Part shown: positions 25,706-39,613 of the stretch, in pieces | Layout of the letters: each line of letters starts with the position of its first letter | How positions within the stretch are numbered: the first letter of the stretch is position 1 | Source: Eledone cirrhosa | Lineage: Eukaryota | DNA length: 64,000 nucleotides | Direction: 5' to 3' | Assembly (NCBI GenBank): GCA_964016885.1 | Contig: OZ024740.1 | Coordinates: 227,726,001 to 227,790,000 of the forward strand | Made by a program: the position numbers and the translations under genes | The notes under the pieces: model-generated | The model's database searches: none | Told to the model about the DNA's origin: nothing | What the model saw: only the letters and a program-made list of their open reading frames with translations

Positions 25706-27119
25706 CAAACCAAACATTAGTAAATTTTTACCCAGAACAGGTAAATTTACTTCATGTTTTGAACCTTACTTTATATGAAAATGAAGTCTTCACTGGTGCC
25801 TTAACAACCAAACAGGGTAAATATACAGGTATTTCTTTATCATATTCTTGTAAATAGATAAAACATTTTCGAAGGATATCTCAAAAGGTTAAAAGTAAAA
25901 CTGCTTAGTCAAATAATCAAAGGTTAAATAGTGACATTTCAATTATCAACATTAATTTTTTGTGTCCAAATGTAAGTCCTTTGATAACTAACCCATCCTC
26001 AACTTTCCTTTTGTAATATCTACTAAAACACATATATAATTATTTTCTCATTAGTTTAACATTTTCTTTGAATCTGGAGGGTTTTTCTGTGGGAGGGTGG
26101 GGTGGGGGTCATTTTTCTTTCCTTTCAACTTAATTAGAACCAAGTCAAAAATAGCAGCTAAATCCCTCAAATCTTACTATACTGTCTTAACTATGGAAAG
26201 GACACATTGAACAATGTAATCCTATATATCCATATACCGTTTTAAAAAATAAGTTTGTAAACTCAACCTGAAATGATGAAACAATAAAAATGGTGGGATG
26301 ATCATGGCTGGAAGGCTTTTGATCATAGATCACCTTAATACTTTGAAAACTAATTACTCTACACCATTGCCAAAGTGCAACACCTGTGATAGAATGCAAA
26401 TCATTAAACCTTCGATCAAGCAACTCTGTCTATCTCTCTATATTGATTGACTTCTAGTGTGATTGATAGCTTTAACTTGATGCCAGATCAATCATTAGCT
26501 ACTAAAATAGAGAATGTTATTTATTTATTTTCCTACTAAGGCAAGTAATTTTAAGTGACTTTCTCCAAGGACACAGCACTGTATCTGAAACAGTACATGC
26601 CACATATAAACCATGAATCAAACATTTGGGACTGGAACTAATAACATAGAACACAATCTATTCACTTTATGTTGAGTGATATGGAAAAACTAATTACCAG
26701 AGTAGTTGGTCAAATGCAAACAATTCTGCTTGAAGTAAGATAAATCTTAAGATTTCTATCTTCAATTGATCAAATATTCTTAACATAGGAATGTCTGTAT
26801 GGACCCATAACTCCTGAGAGAGTTGTAAAGGGCGCTGCATTGACATATGCTGTTTCTAAAGCATTTTATTTTTAAAGCTGGCTGAGCCCATCTCCTCTCC
26901 ATTCTTCCAGAGAAGGATAGAGAGGATGAGAGAATAGAAGAGAGAAAGAGATATAGAGGTAGAATTGACCCCAGTACAAGACTGGTACTTTTTGTATCAA
27001 CCTTGAATGGATGAAAGGCACAGTTGACCACTTTAGCATAGGTACACAACCACAAACACCGGATGAATATATAAATGGTTAAATCAACCTCAGTATTTGA
27101 CTGGTATTCATTTTATCAA

Positions 27120-27345
27120 AGCAAATGGTAAGTTGTATGATGTCTGAGTATGAAGTGTGATGCAGCATGGTTGTGTAATATCAGCACTGAATGTAGAGGA
27201 TATTTTAAGACTATAAAGAAATAAGTGTGCATGCTTTGATGAATGTGAGATGTTAATGTGCATATGATGTGAGTCACAGATGACCTGAGGAAAACAAATA
27301 ATAACTCAGTATAAGAGAAATCAGATGTGTGCAAAAGAGAAAACA
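27120..27345 (+). pseudogene. Ancient, heavily decayed RTE ORF2 fragment
   Basis: Reads GKLYDV..SVMQHG..ALNVEDILRL..SIREIRCVQKR, alignable to GRLYDA..AMLHG..ALCAEDIRRL..IRGIRCC of the younger RTE copies. Confidence 0.55.
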
Positions 27346-27579
27346 GTGCTGGTATTTAGTTCATGATTGGCTCGGTTTTTACGAATTTGATGGCCTTGTC
27401 CACTAGATGCTTTGTTTTCGAAGAGCATTGTTTACACATAGGGCATATGATGATTGCTTGTGTTTGTCCTTATATGTAAATAGTGTACATATGTGAAGTA
27501 TAGGTGTATGTATATTTAAGGTAGCTATCGATGGTAAATAGACTTGGTTGGAACAATAACGGTCTTGTTTATGTGTGTG

Positions 27580-27947
27580 TCATCATCATCATCATCATCA
27601 TCATTTTACGTCAGCTTTTCCCTGCTTGCAAGGGTGGGACGGGAACTGATTCTGCCTTGATTTCTACAGCTGGATGCCCTTCCTAACATCAACCTCATTT
27701 ACAGTGAGTGCTGGGTGCTTTTTTTGCCGTGGCACCTCCACGGCTACTTTGCAGTGGAATGATATGGACCCCAGTCCTATCATCTCATTTCTACAGCTGA
27801 GTGAACTGGATCAATGTGTCTTGCTCAAGGAAACAACTGAATAAAGTGTCTTGCTCAAGGAAACAAAACATCACCCAGTCTGAGATTTGAACTCACAAAC
27901 TTTCGATTGCAAGGCCAATGCTCTAACCACTAAGCCATGTGCCTCCA
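27580..27947 (-). mobile_element. Composite tRNA/CORE/RTE-tail SINE
   Basis: Near-identical to 28245-28589 and 15450-15805; has a short internal duplication of GTGTCTTGCTCAAGGAAACAA. Confidence 0.8.
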
Positions 27948-28129
27948 TAAGACATTACATGTACCTCTTGAGCAGGATTGAACCCAAGACCAAGATCTCC
28001 ACCATCTCTAGTACCTACTCTTAGGCCACTGAGACAGATACCATGTGTGTATATATATATATGTATAACTCATGTTAGCGTGGAAGAATGGACATAAAAC
28101 AGTGATGACAATGATGATGATGATGATGA

Positions 28130-28181
<52 letters not shown>

Positions 28182-28244
28182 TAGGGTGTGGTATAAAAAA
28201 ACTTGGTGCAGATCTAGCTGTCGAAGTCCTGAATCTTTTCATAT

Positions 28245-28589
28245 ATCATCATCATCATCATTTCATTTTACGTCCGCTTTTCCCTGCTTGCAAGGGTGGG
28301 ACGGGAACTGATTCTGGCTTGATTTCTACAGCTGGATGACCTTCCTAACACCAACCTCATTTACAGTGAGTGCTGGGTGCTTTTTTTTGCCATGGCACCT
28401 CCACGACCACTTTGCAGTGGAATGATATGGACCCCAGTCCTATCATCTCATTTCTACACCTGAGTAAACTGGATCAATGTGAAATAAAGTGTCTTGCTCA
28501 AGGAAACAACAAATCACCCGGTCTGAGAATTGAACTCACAACCTTTCGATTGCAAGTCCAATGCTCTAACCACTAAGCCATGTGCCTCC
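28245..28589 (-). mobile_element. Composite tRNA/CORE/RTE-tail SINE
   Basis: A box TGGCTTAGTGG, B box GAGTTCAATTC, CORE-like domain, RTE tail ending in (GAT)n. Confidence 0.8.
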
Positions 28590-28625
<36 letters not shown>

Positions 28626-29318
28626 ATATATATGTGTGTAAGGGCAGTGCCCCAGCATGGCCTCAGCCGGATGGCTGGAACAAGTAAAAGAGTGTGTGTG
28701 GGTTATCTTCCTTTCCAGTTATTTTTAAATATCAAACAACTCTACATCTCTAGAGGGAGTTTTGATCTAATTATTGATAGGATAATCCCAGTTAAAGTAT
28801 TTTATACCTCACTATATTACATATGTGAAATGCTACCAGATATAGTCAGTATTTTATATCAGGATCAATACATTCCACAAAACATTAGTATTTTGTATTT
28901 TAACTTTTTTTTCTTCTCTATCTTCCGTGAGAAAAAAATACTTTTTATATAAAAAAGGAAAAAAAGTGTGTTTAAATGCTCATATATTACAATGTATACA
29001 ATCAGCTAAGACATACATTTTTTAAGAAGACAATAGGTAAATCAAGTCCAATGTTCATTAATAGTAGTGAAGGAAGAGTAAACTGATAACCAGTGTCATG
29101 TTACCACACAAAAAAATGCAAGTTCTACTCCAGAATTTGATACTTCATTGGAAATTCTAGGAAACAGAAGATAAAATAGCTTAGATAATTCATCTATACA
29201 TTCCTGTGTTAATGCTTAAATTTTCAGTGAAATACATCAGCAGATTATATTACCTTGTTGAGTTTGGCTTTGTTTTAGTATTTTTATAGTGTATATGTAT
29301 AGTCTATATTTTATAGTG

Positions 29319-29374
<56 letters not shown>

Positions 29375-29850
29375 AGTAAAAATTTAGCGAGAATCGAATT
29401 TCAGCCTATGAATTAACGAGAAACACTTTCGAGTTGTGAGGCAAGCGCTCTATAATTCAAATGAATTAGAGCTTACAACTTACGTTAAAAGCCAAACACA
29501 CTGAGATGGTGGTTAAACTAATCATCCACACAGCGAAGATTCGATCTCCTATTTCGGGTCAAACAGATATACAGATATAAAAATATATGAAAATATAAAT
29601 GTTTGGGACTCACCCGGACCCCTGGAATGATGGTAAAGTCCAGTGTTGGGGTTTCTGCGGCTCCATAAGTCATTTACTGTCCACTTACATAAAGGATGTT
29701 AAGTTTCTTGTATCCTGACTGAACTAGGAGTACGCGTTGTCCACGGGATTCAGTTCGAAAGTCTACATAAATGTGTCTGTAACTGACCCCTCGTGGGGTT
29801 CAGCAAGGGAGGCAACACCTATATTAGGCAATTGAATTCTTTTGTGTATA

Positions 29851-29882
<32 letters not shown>

Positions 29883-29977
29883 AATATATATGAGAGAGAG
29901 TATTTTAATATTGTATGTGTGTGTGTGTATGTATACATATATATATAGTCTATTTTTTATAGTGTATGTGTATGCAT

Positions 29978-30019
<42 letters not shown>

Positions 30020-30384
30020 TTTAATATTGTGTGTATGTGTGTGTGTATATATATATAGAGAGAGTATTTTTTTATAGTGTATGTATGTATATATATATAT
30101 ATAGTCTATTGATTTGTGGATTGCTGACATCTCAGAAAGAAAGCAAAAGACAAACTAAATATCAAGATCTTTTTTGCAAATTCAAATCTGACCATCTATA
30201 ATAGATAAACTATTGTAATGATGCCTGTGTGTGTGTAAAGTGGTACTTCACCAAATACACTCCAGAAATCAATAGTCCTTCCTATTTCACAGAAAGTGTG
30301 TATCATTATATCATTATTACATATTATATCATTGTTGGGTGTCAATTGAAGGACAAAAGCACTTAGATATCACACACATATATG

Positions 30385-30463
<79 letters not shown>

Positions 30464-30469
30464 TATTAT

Positions 30470-30514
<45 letters not shown>

Positions 30515-30919
30515 AGAGAGAGATATTATACATATATATATACACACACACACACACAGAACCGCATATTATATATCAATCCCTTTTTTATACATGTGTG
30601 TGTATACATATATATATATATATATATACACATTTACACATATAAATATACATATACATACCACCCAATCCACACTGTAAAGTGGTCGTGTAGGAGAAAC
30701 AACAAAAAGCACCCAATATACACTGTAAATGTGGTTGGCGTTATGAAGGGCATCCAGCCGTAGAAAACCAGCCAGAAACTGTCCTACACGAGTGAGACAC
30801 AGTCACCTGAACCAACTAGCCTTAAATGGGACAAGACCGTCTAACCCATGCTAGCATGAAAGATAAACGTTAAACGATGATGATGATTATATATATATAT
30901 ATATATATGTGTGTATGTG

Positions 30920-31077
30920 TATCCCGGGTTTAATCGGGGGTAATCATAGTAAGTGAGGTACTCAATACATAGCAAAGTATACATATTCAATATAGAAATT
31001 ACTTCTACAGGGCTAGAACTGTTTCATTTGAAATGACTTCCTTCGAATGAAACAGTTCTAGTCCTGTAGAAGCCATT

Positions 31078-31085
<8 letters not shown>
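30920..31085 (-). mobile_element. Fold-back insert in a TA tract (44-bp arms plus GTATTGAGTAC tail)
   Basis: Arms 30989-31032 and 31042-31085; tail motif shared with 54426-54503. Confidence 0.55.
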
Positions 31086-31153
<68 letters not shown>

Positions 31154-31316
31154 TTATATATATATATATCCAAAATTAAGATAGATTAAAAGAATTCAAT
31201 CAGGATCGAAATTGTGGGTGTCATTCCTTAACGGAATGCGCCATATCGCCGGAAGATTAATCATTAAAAGGTATATATTTTTGAAGTTCTAGTTAACTTT
31301 ATTTATTTGCTACCTA

Positions 31317-31340
31317 CTAGCCATGCGTGGTTACACGCTT
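31317..31340 (-). other. Possible Helitron 3' terminus (hairpin plus CTAG)
   Basis: Minus strand GCGTG-TAAC-CACGC-ATGG-CTAG|T; no matching 5' end found. Confidence 0.3.
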
Positions 31341-31376
31341 GTAAAAATTATCTCCTGTGATTTTTCATGTTTATAT

Positions 31377-31783
31377 TTACCTAAATATATAGTAAAACCT
31401 ACCCCAGCCAGTAGGCATCTCTAACAAAATACACCCCGTCCCACCACCACCACCACCCCCACCCCATCCACACCACCCCGTTCTATGTAAAGTTATGTTG
31501 GTGCCGCGCCATCGAGGCCGAAACAAATGAGATCGTGTAGGTGTCACGACAAAAAAACACACAGTCCACGCTGTAATGTGGCCGTGTAGGCAACACGGTA
31601 AAAACCTCCCAGACCCACACTGTAAATGTGGTTGGTGTTAGGAAGGGCATCCAACTGTAGAAAACCTGCCAGACAGTCCTATGCGAGCAAGACAATCACT
31701 CTTGCCTCAAGTGGGACTACCCCCGTCCAAACCCATGCAAGCGTGGAACACGGACGTTAAACGTTGATGATGATGATGATGTT
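31377..31783 (+). mobile_element. RTE LINE 3' UTR fragment (subfamily 1)
   Basis: Near-identical to 53037-53435 and 41690-42062; (GAT)n tail. Confidence 0.85.
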
Positions 31784-32944
31784 GATCAATTCCTAGTTAT
31801 TATATATATATATATATATTTTACATGTATATATATGCACATATATATATGGTTATTTCTGAAGAAGACAGTGTGATGGATCAAGGATTTCAAAACTAAA
31901 ACTGAAAAGATCATAAAACAATGAACTAATCAAGAACCAATCATCAACTTTTGTTTCATTTACATTGTTCAATACACTTACACACACAAATATTTGAAAA
32001 GTACATTAGCAGCCAAAGTGTATGATAAAGTTATATCTATATAAATACAGAGTGTGTAACTGAGACTGCACCAATGTGTATAAAAATATAAACATATCTA
32101 ATATGTAGGTATGAAAACATGCCAGAAAATACGAATTTTCCTCTAAATTGAGAAAATATAAACACGATTTTCAGATCTAATTGGATCTTCATCGGAAGGC
32201 ATGTATATCACCACTCAACCACAAGGAAACATGTATTTGATGGGTATATATATATACCCATTCACTCTTAGTATTATTCTGAAATCGACATACTGATTTG
32301 CATTAATACGTTATTGGTACTTAATTTTATTGTTCCCATAATGGATTTGAAATCAGAATGGCAGGATTTGAAATCAGAATGTACAGAGCCATAACTGTAT
32401 GCTGTGAAGCATAGTGTCCCTGACACTCAACCGATACTGTGAATCCCCAACCCTCAAACACCAGTTTATTTATTGTTTCTACTTTTGGCACAAGGCCAGC
32501 AATTATCCCAGTCCATTACTGGTACTTTATTTTATCGATCCTGTAAGGACGAAAGGCAAAGTTAACCTAGGTGGGATTTGAACTCAAACCGTAAAGGGCA
32601 GTAACTTTATGCTGCAAAGCATTGCAGGATGTTAAGAATGAATATATCAATAAATGAAGGTTAATTATTTTACAAAATAATCTTCCAAATTCTTCATTAT
32701 TTCGAAAATTGATTTGACATACATGAATAGACTATATAATAACTAATGGGTTAATGAGCAAATAAAATAGTAATTAATTGATAAATTATAACAAATAAGA
32801 ATACATTTTATGAAGCATTAACAAACAGATTTGCAATCTCTGATGAGTTGAGTTAGATGGATGATAAAATTTAAACATTTCATCAGAGATGATCCAATGA
32901 ACTAGAAAAAATATAATTACAAAAAGAAGAAAAAAACAAGACAT

Positions 32945-33485
32945 GGTGGCGGTAGTGGTATTCTTGTTGCTGTTGGTGGTGATAGTGATGTTTATGGTGG
33001 TGTTGTGTGTTAGAGGGACTGGTGATGGCAATGTTGGTGGTGGTTGTGAAAATAGTGGTGGTGGTGGTGCATGTGGAGTAGGTGTTGGTGCATGTGGAGT
33101 AGGTGTTGGTGCATGTGGAGTAGGTGGTGATGATGTTTTTATTGTTAATGATGGTGGTAGCATATTGGCAGTAATGTTGTTGTTGGTGGTGATGGTGGTA
33201 GTGTTGTTTATGATGATGTTTGTGGAGTTGGTGATGTTGGTGATGTTGTTTATGATGATGTTTGTGGTGTTGGTGTTTGCGGAGTTGGTGATGTTGGTGG
33301 TGTTGTTTATGATGATGTTTGTGGTGTTGGTGTTTGTGGAGTTGGTGATGTTGGTGGTGTTGTTTATGATGATGTTTGTGGTGTTGGTGATGTTGGTGGT
33401 GTTGTTTATGATGATGTTTGTGGTGTTGGTGATGTTGGTGGTGTTCTTTATGATGATGTTTGTGGAATTGGTGATGGTGATGGTT
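32945..33485. repeat. GT-rich trinucleotide-derived minisatellite
   Basis: Units such as GTGTTGTTTATGATGATGTTTGTGGTGTTGGTGATGTTGGTG. Confidence 0.85.
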
Positions 33486-34309
33486 CCAATTAATCAGTCA
33501 ATCTATCAATCAGTGTTACAATTAATTATTAAATAAACATTAAATTAGGTAATCAGAAATGCTAATTCAATCAATCTCAACACCAAATCAGTATGGTGAT
33601 TTACTTGGAGTGATTAGATTAACATTTTCAAAACCAAACTGCCTGAAATTGACCCTGACTCTATGACACAAAACTGTTTATTTTAAAGTGTTTATATTTA
33701 TCTAAATATCTTCACTTATACAAACATTATGTATATGTAGCCAATCTCTTGGACTCTTACAAAGCTGTGAGAAGGTAAAGTTAATGTAAAGCATGATGTG
33801 CTCATGTGCAGAGACCCTATAAAATAGCTTATCAAAAAAGATGGAACAGCAGCCAAATGTAACTTCTTTTCTGTCTTTTGACCCCTTTGTTACCAACCTG
33901 GCTAAAACTGGTTCTGGTTCTATGAAACAAAACCACCCATTTTAAAGGTTTCCAATTTAAATTACTATCTTCCAACATAATTTTATATAAGAACCTTACA
34001 TTAAGTTATCTTAGTAATGAAATAATTAATAATTTTAGTAAATCCCCCAAAATTCTTCATTAAATAATTAAAATAGAATTAGAAATGCAGTCATGAAAGG
34101 GTTAAAGGTTTTCACCCTGTTTTATAAGCTATTTTTATCACATCTCCATGCATGAGCACACCATCCTTTATATTAACTCTTCAATTATAATTTTACATAA
34201 GAACATTTTTGAAGCTATATACCAAACACCAACTTAATACTGAAGAAGTTAGTTATATTACTAAATACCTCCAAAATATTTCAATTGTTTAAAAAATTAT
34301 TTGAAAACC

Positions 34310-34700
34310 ATGAGCAGTGTTTTTCATTGGAAATATGGTAAGGAAAGGGTTAATAACATAGGCAGTGTCTTTCATTAGAAATATGGTAATGAAAGGGTTA
34401 ATGACATAGGCAGTGTCTTTCATTAGAAATATGGTAATGAAGGGGCTTAATGATATAGGCAGTGTCATTCATTAGAAATATGGTAAGGAAAGGGTTAATA
34501 ACATAGGCAGTGTCTTTCATTAGAAATATGGTAATGAAAGGGTTAATGACATAGGCAGTGTCTTTCATTAGAAATATGGTAATGAAGGGGCTTAATGATA
34601 TAGGCAGTGTCATTCATTAGAAATATGGTAATGAAAAGGGTTAATGACATAGGCAGTATATTACATTATCATTAGAAATATGCTAATGAAAGGGTTAAAC
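34310..34700 (-). repeat. 48/49-bp tandem array made from the terminus of piggyBac-like MITE family B
   Basis: About 8 units of TTAATGACATAGGCAGTGTCTTTCATTAGAAATATGGTAATGAAAGGG, the reverse complement of the MITE end at 590-645 and 14729-14775. Confidence 0.85.
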
Positions 34701-35551
34701 ACTGTTATGAAAGGGAAAATATGTTAAAATATAGGTTAATTCAGACATGAAATGAAGGGATTATTTTTGCTATTGCTGTCTGGCCACAGATAAACTCATT
34801 TTAACAAACATATAATCAAAGGAGTTGAAATTGTGACCATCCAGCCTTTTTTCTGGACAGTGAATCTAGGATTACATTATCCAGCATATACACGTCTATT
34901 TCTATTTCTAAAACAGTAGAATGTGGTATGAGGGAGATTTAGCTGCTGTTTCTAACAGGTCTAGGAGCTGTATAGAAGCTCCAATTAAAAAATCAGTAAT
35001 CTTTCTAGGTTGTCTCTTTTTAAAAACCAGAATTAGCCGTTTATTTTACATATTGAGACCCCCAACCCATCCTATTTGTTTTATAACGTATGTGATTTCT
35101 AGTAATGTTCTTTTTTGTCATGTATAATCTGATCTAAACTATAATAAAGGAAGGTCTGCGGGACAGCGTACGGTTTTGTTTTTTTTACCCCGTTAGTAAA
35201 ATAAGTTGGATTACTTTGAATAAATAATGAATGAATATTACATAATTTATCTACTAAATTTCATAAACAAAAATAATTTCGTAAAAATAAATAATCTAAA
35301 ATTGACTTCTTTCCAAAGTTGCATTTCCGCTATATCGTCGCCACCACCATCACTTCAACTACCATATATATAAAAAGAGAGAGTGTGTGATGTCAACACT
35401 TCCGGTGGCAATCGCTTAAATAAACATACTAATTTTCTCCTAATGCAGTTTATATATAATATCGTCTTTTTTTAATGTATCATGGATTATGTTACTGATT
35501 ACATAAGACAGTGTAACGTAGTCTTCATTCAATTTCTGTATATATTGTCAA

Positions 35552-37197
35552 CTAGCAGTTTAGCCCAGCGTTGCTCGGGTTTGTTCATTTGCTATGAAAA
35601 GTTACATACAGGTAAACGTGACTTGAAAGCGAATAAGCTTATCAATTAAGTGCATAAAGCAGTTGAGCCGGTTATTAATAGTTACGAACCAATTAACATT
35701 TTGGACAATCAATGATGGGTTAATAATCTTCCAATAGCGAATTTAGCAGACCAAAGTTGCAAGATGGTGGCCCTGATACCGCTGGGTGTCAGATCTGTCC
35801 GCCATGGGTGACCCTACCATGAAATAGTTTTCCAGACGGCATTGCTCCAACACCTCCAACATCTGCACCAACATCTATAGCACTTCTTTGTAGACGATAT
35901 TGCGTGTCATCCCTTGAGGAGTGCAAGCAAAATGTCCATTCCTGCTCCCTATGCGGGAACGGGTAATATAAAGTTGGCCATGGGAGAAGCATGGCTTCCC
36001 CAAATGGATGCCCGACAATGTTTGCCCTTATGACTTATTAATGGACATGGCAAAACATGGTCTCAGCGGGAATTGGGATCGCCGGAAATCGAACAGGATA
36101 TCTGACGCCGAGAGGAAAAGGTTCATCCTTGGCAGTGTATTCGGCAGAATTGCCAGAAGTACAACACTATTGGTGTTGTCATATTAATATTTAACCAATT
36201 AAAGTCGTAAAAAATAAACAATTTAAATATTCCAATTCGTATGTCTATAGCATTAATCTGTTATATGAAGTGTTATTTTGCGGGTTGTTATTTGCAATAA
36301 GCCGATTTAAAATGCCCCAGAAAAGCCATATGTCAATACGGAACTCCAATGACTCCCCCAGCAGTTAAATTATAGAGAGGGGGAATAATCTATTATAGAG
36401 AGAGGGAAGAACGATGGAGAGAGTAAAGCTAAGAAACTACAGGGAGGTGTGCAAAACAGTTTTGTCATATAGAGAGTGAAGAGCGACAGAGAGAGTAAAG
36501 CAGTTAAATTATAGAGAGGGGGAAATGATCTATTATAGAGAGTGGGAAGAGCGACGGAGAGAGTAAAGCTAAGAAACTATAGGAAGGTGTGTTAAACCTC
36601 AAAGCATGAAGAGAGTAAAGCAGTTAAATTATAGAGAGGGGGAATAATCTATTATAGAGGGAGGGAAGAGCGACCGGGAAAGTAAAGCTATGTTTGTTGT
36701 ATAAATTGATGTGTTGCTTAGTTTTCAAAGTTTATGTCGTGTTCCTGAACGAAGTTTTGTCACTGTTGTAAACTGTAATGGTGATAGGGTAGTTGAGGGA
36801 GGCATTAACCTTTTAAAGAGAGTTGCAGAGGAGATTGAGGGGGGGAGGGGAAGGGGGAGGGATGAACCTTTTAAAGAAAGTTGCAGAGGAGATTGAGAGG
36901 GGAGTAGAGGGAGGGAAGAACCTTTTAATGAGAGTTGCAACATTATGTAGTTTCATAGATTGTTGAGGGTAGTAGAGAGAGGGATTAAGCATGTAAGAGA
37001 GAGGGTTACAGCATGTATTTAGTTTTATTGATTTTTTTTCATAGAAGCAGGAAATTTTTGGCAAAGTTGACCATCGTTGGTAAATTTGGAGCACATTGGA
37101 AAAAAAAAATCATCAAAATCGGTAGAGAAATGTAGAAATGCATAAAAATCATACACACACACACAGACAAACATCTTCCGTTTTATATATAGAGAGA
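35552..37197 (-). mobile_element. Non-autonomous Helitron (about 1.65 kb)
   Basis: Minus strand 5' end A|TCTCTCTATATATAAAACGG..; 3' hairpin CCCGAGCAACGCTGGG followed by CTAG|T; A/T insertion without TSD; internal helicase remnant and tandem repeats at 36360-36690 and 36805-36940. Confidence 0.85.
35875..36135 (-). pseudogene. Helitron RepHel C-terminal Pif1-family helicase remnant
   Basis: LPRMNLFLSASDILFDFRRSQFPLRPCFAMSINKS*GQTLSGIHLGKPCFSHGQLYITRSRIG...TRNIVYKEVL* matches the RQFP..FAMTINKSQGQT..FSHGQLYVAxSR..NIVYKEVL motifs; one in-frame stop. Confidence 0.9.
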
Positions 37198-37622
37198 TTA
37201 GATTTTATTTGATGTATCATATCTACATGTATATATACCTGCGTATAATATCAATATACACACTACACATGCTAGCAGAAAATCACCCGAAGGGTGGTTT
37301 TTCTGCTAGTGTTTTTAATGTCTAAAGAAAATTAACTGTCACAGGAATGCTACCACTTAAAATAAAATTTCACTGGAGATAGATACATTACCAAAATTTA
37401 ATAAGCAGGGGGTGGAATAGATCGGTGGTGGGGAATAGATCGGTGGTGGGGAATAGATCGGGGGGGTGGAATAGATAGTCTGGTAAATTAATAAGCTGTG
37501 GGGGGAGGAGCGATTATTTGAGACCCAAGAGTAGCTTGATTATAGATTAGTTAACAATAACAACAACTCATGCAGTGCATGACATACCTCCAAATACACT
37601 CAATCTATATCTAGAAGAAAAC

Positions 37623-37661
<39 letters not shown>

Positions 37662-38534
37662 GCATATATATACATATATACATACACATATATTAAGCCA
37701 ATTTGGCTTTCTAAGATGAACTATATATATATTAAAACCCTTTTCAAGATGATGTAGATTGCATGAAAAAGTGAATCCAGCTGTAAAAACATGTTGTTAC
37801 TAGCCACTCCTACAATTTTCAAATGCTCCAAATATGTAGGTTTTACCCAATTCTTGGCCAATATGGAAACATATATACTAAATATGGTCTTTAAGTAAAC
37901 ATTGAAGGTGAAGGTTAATTGAAAATCACATCGTTAAAAACCAATGTTTATTGATATTCATGGTGATTGTTTCTGTAATGTTATGATAGTACAATTAAGA
38001 TAGCAAAATAATCCCTGAAATAAAAATCCACCCTAAATAGTTGACTGCTATTTGTTTTCATATGTCTACAGGAGCTATGACTGAGAAAATACAAACTACC
38101 TTTACACAGTTTTGGCACTAACAGAAGCATTCATCTGGAAAAGCATATAGTGAGAAAACAGGGAGTATCTATATGGTCATTAGACATACTAGAAACATCA
38201 GTTAAATGTCTTTTAAATCACATTTATAATTTTGTGTTCATTTTTCCAAGGTGTATATATAGGTTAGGCCAAATGACCTTCCTGTATGACCTACTTTATG
38301 ACCTATTTTAAACCCCCATGTTATAACCTCAATAACCAGAAGACGGCCGAGGATGGTGCCTATTAATAACTATGTATATTTACCTTTGATATCCTGTACT
38401 ACATGAAACCGCATTAGCAAAACTTTGAAAAGTACAAAATATGGCTATACTCTAATACTTCAATTTTTCACAACAATCTGTCCACTAGTAAAGATGTTAT
38501 AAACATTTGAATTAAAACACCCGTTTTTAGATGG

Positions 38535-38855
38535 TATGGTCCCATAACTCTTGCTGGAGTCGGATGGGCACCACAGTGACATACGGCATTTCTAGGGCAT
38601 TTTCAAGCATGATGGAGTCCATCCACCTCCAAGTCTAAATACAGCAGATTTCTTCCAGAGAAAGATAGAAAATGAGACAGAGGAAGTGAGAAAAAGATAT
38701 AGAGGAATAATTGACTAGTACATTTTTTATCGACCTCAAAAAGATGAAAGGCAAAGTTGACTTCAGCAGGATTTGAACTCAGAGAGCAGAGAGGCAGAAC
38801 AAATATCATAAAACATTCTATCCAACTTTCTAATGACTCTGCCAACTCACCACCT
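38535..38855 (-). mobile_element. tRNA-SINE, alternative-tail subfamily
   Basis: Homologous to 44205-44503 and 22910-23225. Confidence 0.7.
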
Positions 38856-39259
38856 ATCCATTTTTAGATATTTTCTCTTAAATCATGACAAGATGTTAAG
38901 AATTAACTTCCCACAGAAATCATTGCCCCACCTAACCTTGCATACAGCACACCCCACATAGATTAAATAGTTCTTTCAAACCATTCCATCTACATCAAGT
39001 TTCTTTAAATCTCACCAGACCATGCCTAAAGCTTCTATAGATTAACAAATGCAGAATGAAGTGGTTTATTATTGGTTAATGACTTCTTATATTGTTAATA
39101 TAAATTTACATGTTTTAGTCAGTAAACTGCAACCATACTGGGGCAGCTCCTTGGAGGGGGGGGGGGGGATCACAGTACTTAATGTTTCCAAGTCTGGTAA
39201 TTATTCTACCAATCTCTTTTTTGTCGAACTGCTAAGTTATGAGGTATAAATAGATGTAG

Positions 39260-39343
<84 letters not shown>

Positions 39344-39570
39344 AATATAAACTCACAAACTAACGATCGAGACAAAAGAAATCTTAAAAACATTTAGTAT
39401 AATAGCATGATGCTATGTACTGGGAAGCTTCTATCATAAAAACCCATAGAATACAACATGAGAATAACTTAACTATTACGGAAATAAATGAAATGATTAA
39501 AAGGAGCAATATTACATAAATACAATATCCAGAAACAATATAAAAATCAAACACATTCTTCAAACTGCAT

Positions 39571-39613
<43 letters not shown>

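Noticed and set aside
29715-29765. Hammerhead-like CTGA...GAAA in a TA-flanked insert
   Set aside because: Core reads CTGACTG rather than CTGANGA, and stems I and III are not supported.
32786-33536. Hydrophobic V/M/F-rich ORF
   Set aside because: Minisatellite translation.
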